DNA of 63,896 bases, counting the filler, from Folioceros fuciformis (Eukaryota), in assembly GCA_049999805.1 (NCBI GenBank). It is 10 parts of 10 records of this genome, joined end to end, with 100 filler letters (N's around TTAATTAATTAA, not from the genome) between each part and the next. Parts side by side here need not be neighbours in the genome. Positions count along the whole stretch, not along the records: positions 56,188 to 61,645 come from JBNGIO010001059.1; positions 61,746 to 63,896 come from JBNGIO010001064.1; 8 more parts are not named here. One strand, 5' to 3'. Shown here piece after piece: positions 59,976-63,896 of this stretch. Position numbers and translations under genes: made by a program. The notes under the pieces were generated by a model. That model was not told the DNA's origin. It worked only from the letters and a program-made list of their open reading frames with translations, and searched no databases. Position 1 is the stretch's first letter. Every line of letters begins with the position of its first letter.

Positions 59976-61429
59976 ATGCCAGTTTTTGCTATGACCATAG
60001 GTCGAAGTTTCAAGAAGGGAGATGAGCTTCAAAATGTAAAGGATCATGAAGCTAACTCGAAACGAAGTAAAGATACATTTCATCCCAAGGTTGAAGAGGC
60101 TTTGTTTTCATGGTTTGTGATGATGGAAGAAAATGTCACTATCTCTGATAATATGTTGTGTGAAATGGGAAAACAATTCTTTGATAGGTTACCAAAAGCA
60201 GAAAGGTTGGAAAAACCACTAACATTTTCTCATGGTTGGGTAGCAAAGTTTAAACATCGACATGACATCAAAGGTTTTGTGAAGCATGGAGAAGCTGCAA
60301 GTGTTGACACATCGCAGGTGGTCCAAGATAGAATAGAAGACATTAAAAGTATCATGCAAGGATACGAGCCTCAGGATATTTTTAACATGGATGAAACAGG
60401 GTTGTTCTATAGATTGGAACCGAACAAAACATTGACAACGAAGAGGCTGAGCGGGAAGAAAACTCCAAAAGAAAGACTAACTGTTGCTTTGACAACCAAT
60501 ATGGATGGTAGTTATAAATTACTACCCTTTGTGATCAACAAATTCTTAAGGCTTAAAGCTTTTACCAGTCGCAACATTGGACGAGTGGAGAATTTGGGTA
60601 TTCATTGGTCAGCAAACTCAAATGCTTGGATGTTAGTGACTTTATTTGAGCAATTTATTCTCTTTCCTGATGCGAACATGAGAGTTAGGGGCTGTACTAA
60701 TGTCTTGCTTCGTTTGGATAATGCTCCTGTTCATAAACTATCAGTTGAGACACAAAGTAGGCTTCAAATTACAAGGGTTGAATTTTTTCTCCTAATGTTA
60801 CAACTCGTTACCAACCCATCGATGCAGGCTTTTAAGGCCAATTACACGAAAAGGCTTGTTCAGAATCAAATCCAAGCGATTCAAAATGGTAATTTTCCTC
60901 TTATTGATGTATATCATGCTGTGACTATCTTGGAAAAAGCTTGGCGTATCGATGTTAAAGGGAAAATCATTAGAAATTGTTGGAAACACTCTGGGTTATG
61001 GCAGGAGAGAGCAAGTGTTAGCGTGTCGGATATAGACTTAAATCAACTTAGTTTTGAGACAGAATGCTAGCAGTGATGATGAGCAACAACAAGACAACCA
61101 TGCAACACGTGAAGATTTGTTCAATAGAGATTACACAAAAATAGAAATGCTTCTTTGTTAGCTGAGGGATTTGGGACTTGGCACAACAAGATTAACCCCT
61201 ACTATATAGGTCTGCACAAGAATTTGTTGATTATGAGGTGACAAATGCATGTGCTATCTATTCTACTCCAGATGCAGATGATATATGGGCTTCTATTCAA
61301 CCTTCACCCGAAAATGAAGTTTTCGATGTTGAAAATTTTTCTGAAGAATATCATGAAGAAAGGCCTATTTTAAATCATGCTCAAATTGAAGATGCACTTA
61401 GGGTGATACGCATGTTTTTGGAGCAATAG
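59976..61429 (+). mobile_element. pogo/Tigger-type Tc1/mariner transposase (CENP-B HTH + DDE), degenerate
   Basis: HPKVEEALFSWF..ISDNML..FSHGWVAKFKHRHDI..HGEAASVD..IFNMDETGLFYRLEP..KERLTVAL..NSNAWM..LDNAPVH..IRNCWKHSG; the third catalytic Asp region (QPLD) is disrupted; downstream stops. Confidence 0.93.
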
Positions 61430-61745
61430 CCATCTACAATTACGGAATTTATAACAAATCTAGAGACAAGTTTTTAAGTAAGTTAGGTCCTTTTTGAAAC
61501 AAGTAGAAGTAACCATTTTTTTAAGCCATTTTGAAGTTCATTTCTTATTTTATTTATTATAAATTTATATTATTATTAAGTATAAAATATTTTTATTATA
61601 TATTTTATTAAATAATATAATCGATAATAATATATAGTATTATATNNNNNNNNNNNNNNNNNNNNNNNNNNNNNNNNNNNNNNNNNNNNTTAATTAATTA
61701 ANNNNNNNNNNNNNNNNNNNNNNNNNNNNNNNNNNNNNNNNNNNN

Positions 61746-62460
61746 GGGCTCTTGTGACTTGCCTCGACGCCCTCTAGGAAACATTCGGCGGTTGCTTCCA
61801 CATACCGCTCCAGCAAGCTTTCTTTTGATGAGTCAACAGCTGCCGGCTCAAACGTGGGCTTGACCAAATTGCTTTCTCCCAATTTATGCAAAGAAGAAGT
61901 TTGACAATTTGAGTGTTGACTGACTGCTGGTCTTTGCGGAGATTCGAGACCTGGTGGGACAAATTAGCAATTGCTTGATGTGCTTGCGTAACAGATATCT
62001 TCAACTCTCTGATAGAAGATAGGAGACTCGGTAACTGGATCCTATGTTGTGGTGTATGACAATATCCCCTACCGCGTGAGGACCCTGGAGCGTGCCAATG
62101 GAAACCTTGGCACCTTCTCTGAGGCATTGGTGCACTTCAGAGACTACTGTCTGGTGCTGCGCTTCCTCAACACTCGCACTTTCTTTCTCATGGGGAAGGT
62201 AATCGCAGGTTTGTCCTCTTGTGCGACCATATATGCAAGATCAGGATTCATCAACGTAAGCAAATGAGCAATGCGCCCAAAGCTAGGATCCACAATGTCG
62301 GGATCCATAGCTCTGATACCATATTAAGACATGGACTAGGATCGGCCGAACAGGAGCGAGACGTGCGTGAGAAAAAAAGATTATGAATTATGTTGTGTCC
62401 GTCGGCCTTTGTGGTCTCCCAAATAGGAGGTTGGTACGGCAGTTAGCCGTTACCTAGCAG
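61746..62460 (-). mobile_element. 5' end of an LTR element: truncated LTR, tRNA-iMet PBS (62310-62321), then a non-gag coiled-coil-like ORF
   Basis: GCTCTGATACCA on + is TGGTATCAGAGC on the minus strand; ATG at 62308 directly follows the PBS. Confidence 0.7.
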
Positions 62461-62479
62461 AATCGAATCCACAGATCCA

Positions 62480-63896
62480 TCATTAGCCTTTCCGAAAGGC
62501 ACAGATGCAGATATTGCAGCTTGGGCAAAGCAGGACAAGAGAGCATGCTGCCTCATCCTATTTGCCCTGGACATAAACATGATTCAACACACTCAAGGGC
62601 AGACAACCTCTACTACAGTCTGGATGATGTTTGAGGACATGTTCGCAGCTAAGGACGGAATGTCACTTATAAATGCAACCAGACTACTCTATGGTCTTCA
62701 TATGAAAGACACTGACAGTGTTGAGAATCATTTGCACAGGTGCCAAGCTTTCCTCCTGTGGTGAGGATTTGACAGAGAAGCAAGCAGTGGTTATTCTCCT
62801 TACTTCACTGCCCCAAAGCTACAGAGCTTTTGTTACCACCCAGACTTCCTTCACTAAGCAAGCAGGAGCAAATGTGACGTTATCACAAGTGGTGGGTGCA
62901 CTTCTCGAAGAAGAGTATAGTAGAATTGCAACTGGACAGGGTCAACAACATACCTCACAAGTCATTAGCGTGGACGAGGTAGAGGGCGTGGCCATGGACG
63001 AGGGAGACCCTACACAGTCCCATCATTTTTTTACACTGGTCTGAAGAAGAAGGGCACTTGTCACTGGTGCTGTAATCTTGGACATTTCGAAAACAAATGT
63101 CGTAAGAAGCGGGCTGGTGAGCCCTGACGTGAAGCACCACCTGGTGCTGAGACACATATAGTGACTCGAGGACAGACCAGCGCAACACAAACTGCCAACA
63201 AGCCACCCACCATCCTTGCGGTATGCTTATCTCTCACACGAGTTGACCCTAATATGTGGTTCTTGGATTCAGGAGCCACACATAACATCTGTCAATCAAA
63301 GGACAAATTCGTCACTTACAAGCCAGCACCCACCAGTCAATTTGTCTTGCTTGGCGATGATAGTGGTCTGGCTATTGTTGGCTATGGGGATGTGTCTTTC
63401 CCACTCAGTGGCGGAGCAGAGATTCGACTGTCGGGAGTTCTCCATGTGCCTAGTATGACGAAGAACCTATTATCATTGAGGAATCTTGTAACAGACCACG
63501 ATCTGCATGTTTGTTTTTCACCAACAGGCTGCTTGGTAACATCAGCAAAGGATCATCCTGTTATCTTAGGAGAGAGAATCATTTACAATGATTTGTACCA
63601 ACTTGATACAACAGCAGCACATCCTCATGGACTAGTGATTGATGCAAAACCAGATGTCAATAAACATTTCCTATGGCATTGCAGACTATGTCATCCTAGC
63701 ACTGGATACATACGTCAAATGATCAGCAAGCCAAAACTATATAAAGACTCACTTGCTTTTAAAGTTCAGGATCTCTTGTTTTGTGAAGACTGCCAAGTGG
63801 GTAAAATGACACAAAAGCCATATAATGATCCAGAGCCCACAAAAGCTATTGGGCTGTTGGATGTTGTGCATTCTGACATCTGTGGCCCGATGTCGA
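62480..63896 (+). mobile_element. Ty1/copia gag-PR-IN fragment (frameshifted), running off the window end
   Basis: AWAKQDKRAC..LLTSLPQSYRAFV..CHWCCNLGHFENKCRKK..WFLDSGATHNIC..VLHVPSMTKNLLS..LWHCRLCH..CEDC..LDVVHSDICGPMS. Confidence 0.92.

Overview
Eukaryotic nuclear DNA from a plant, with no sign of prokaryotic content. Short introns (about 80-130 nt), tight gene packing, PLS-class PPR remnants and plant tRNA primer sites point to a compact non-seed land plant; hornwort/bryophyte-like is my inference. The window is 10 contigs joined by nine artificial 100-bp spacers (N44-TTAATTAATTAA-N44), so adjacency across a spacer is not real linkage. Spliced host genes: coatomer beta' (3' part), RNA polymerase I/III subunit AC19, oxysterol-binding protein ORP3, an LMW-PTP-fold protein with a Cys-to-Ser P-loop, YjbQ/UPF0047, FIP2 (BTB + pentapeptide repeats), BASS3 and GEK1/DTD2. 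There is also an intronless orphan ORF, an HSPA12-like fragment and a PPR pseudogene. Most of 7.8-40 kb and 60-64 kb is nested, decayed Ty1/copia, Ty3/gypsy, LINE and pogo elements. Most unusual: (1) a 7-kb copia element with non-canonical AGT...ACT LTR ends, fixed by an exact 5-bp TSD; (2) coiled-coil-like extra ORFs in the 5' leaders of three LTR elements; (3) a three-gene chimeric retro-fragment (complex I ferredoxin + coiled coil + CCT5); (4) a putative plastid substrate-trap pseudophosphatase. All family calls come from recalled motifs, not database searches.
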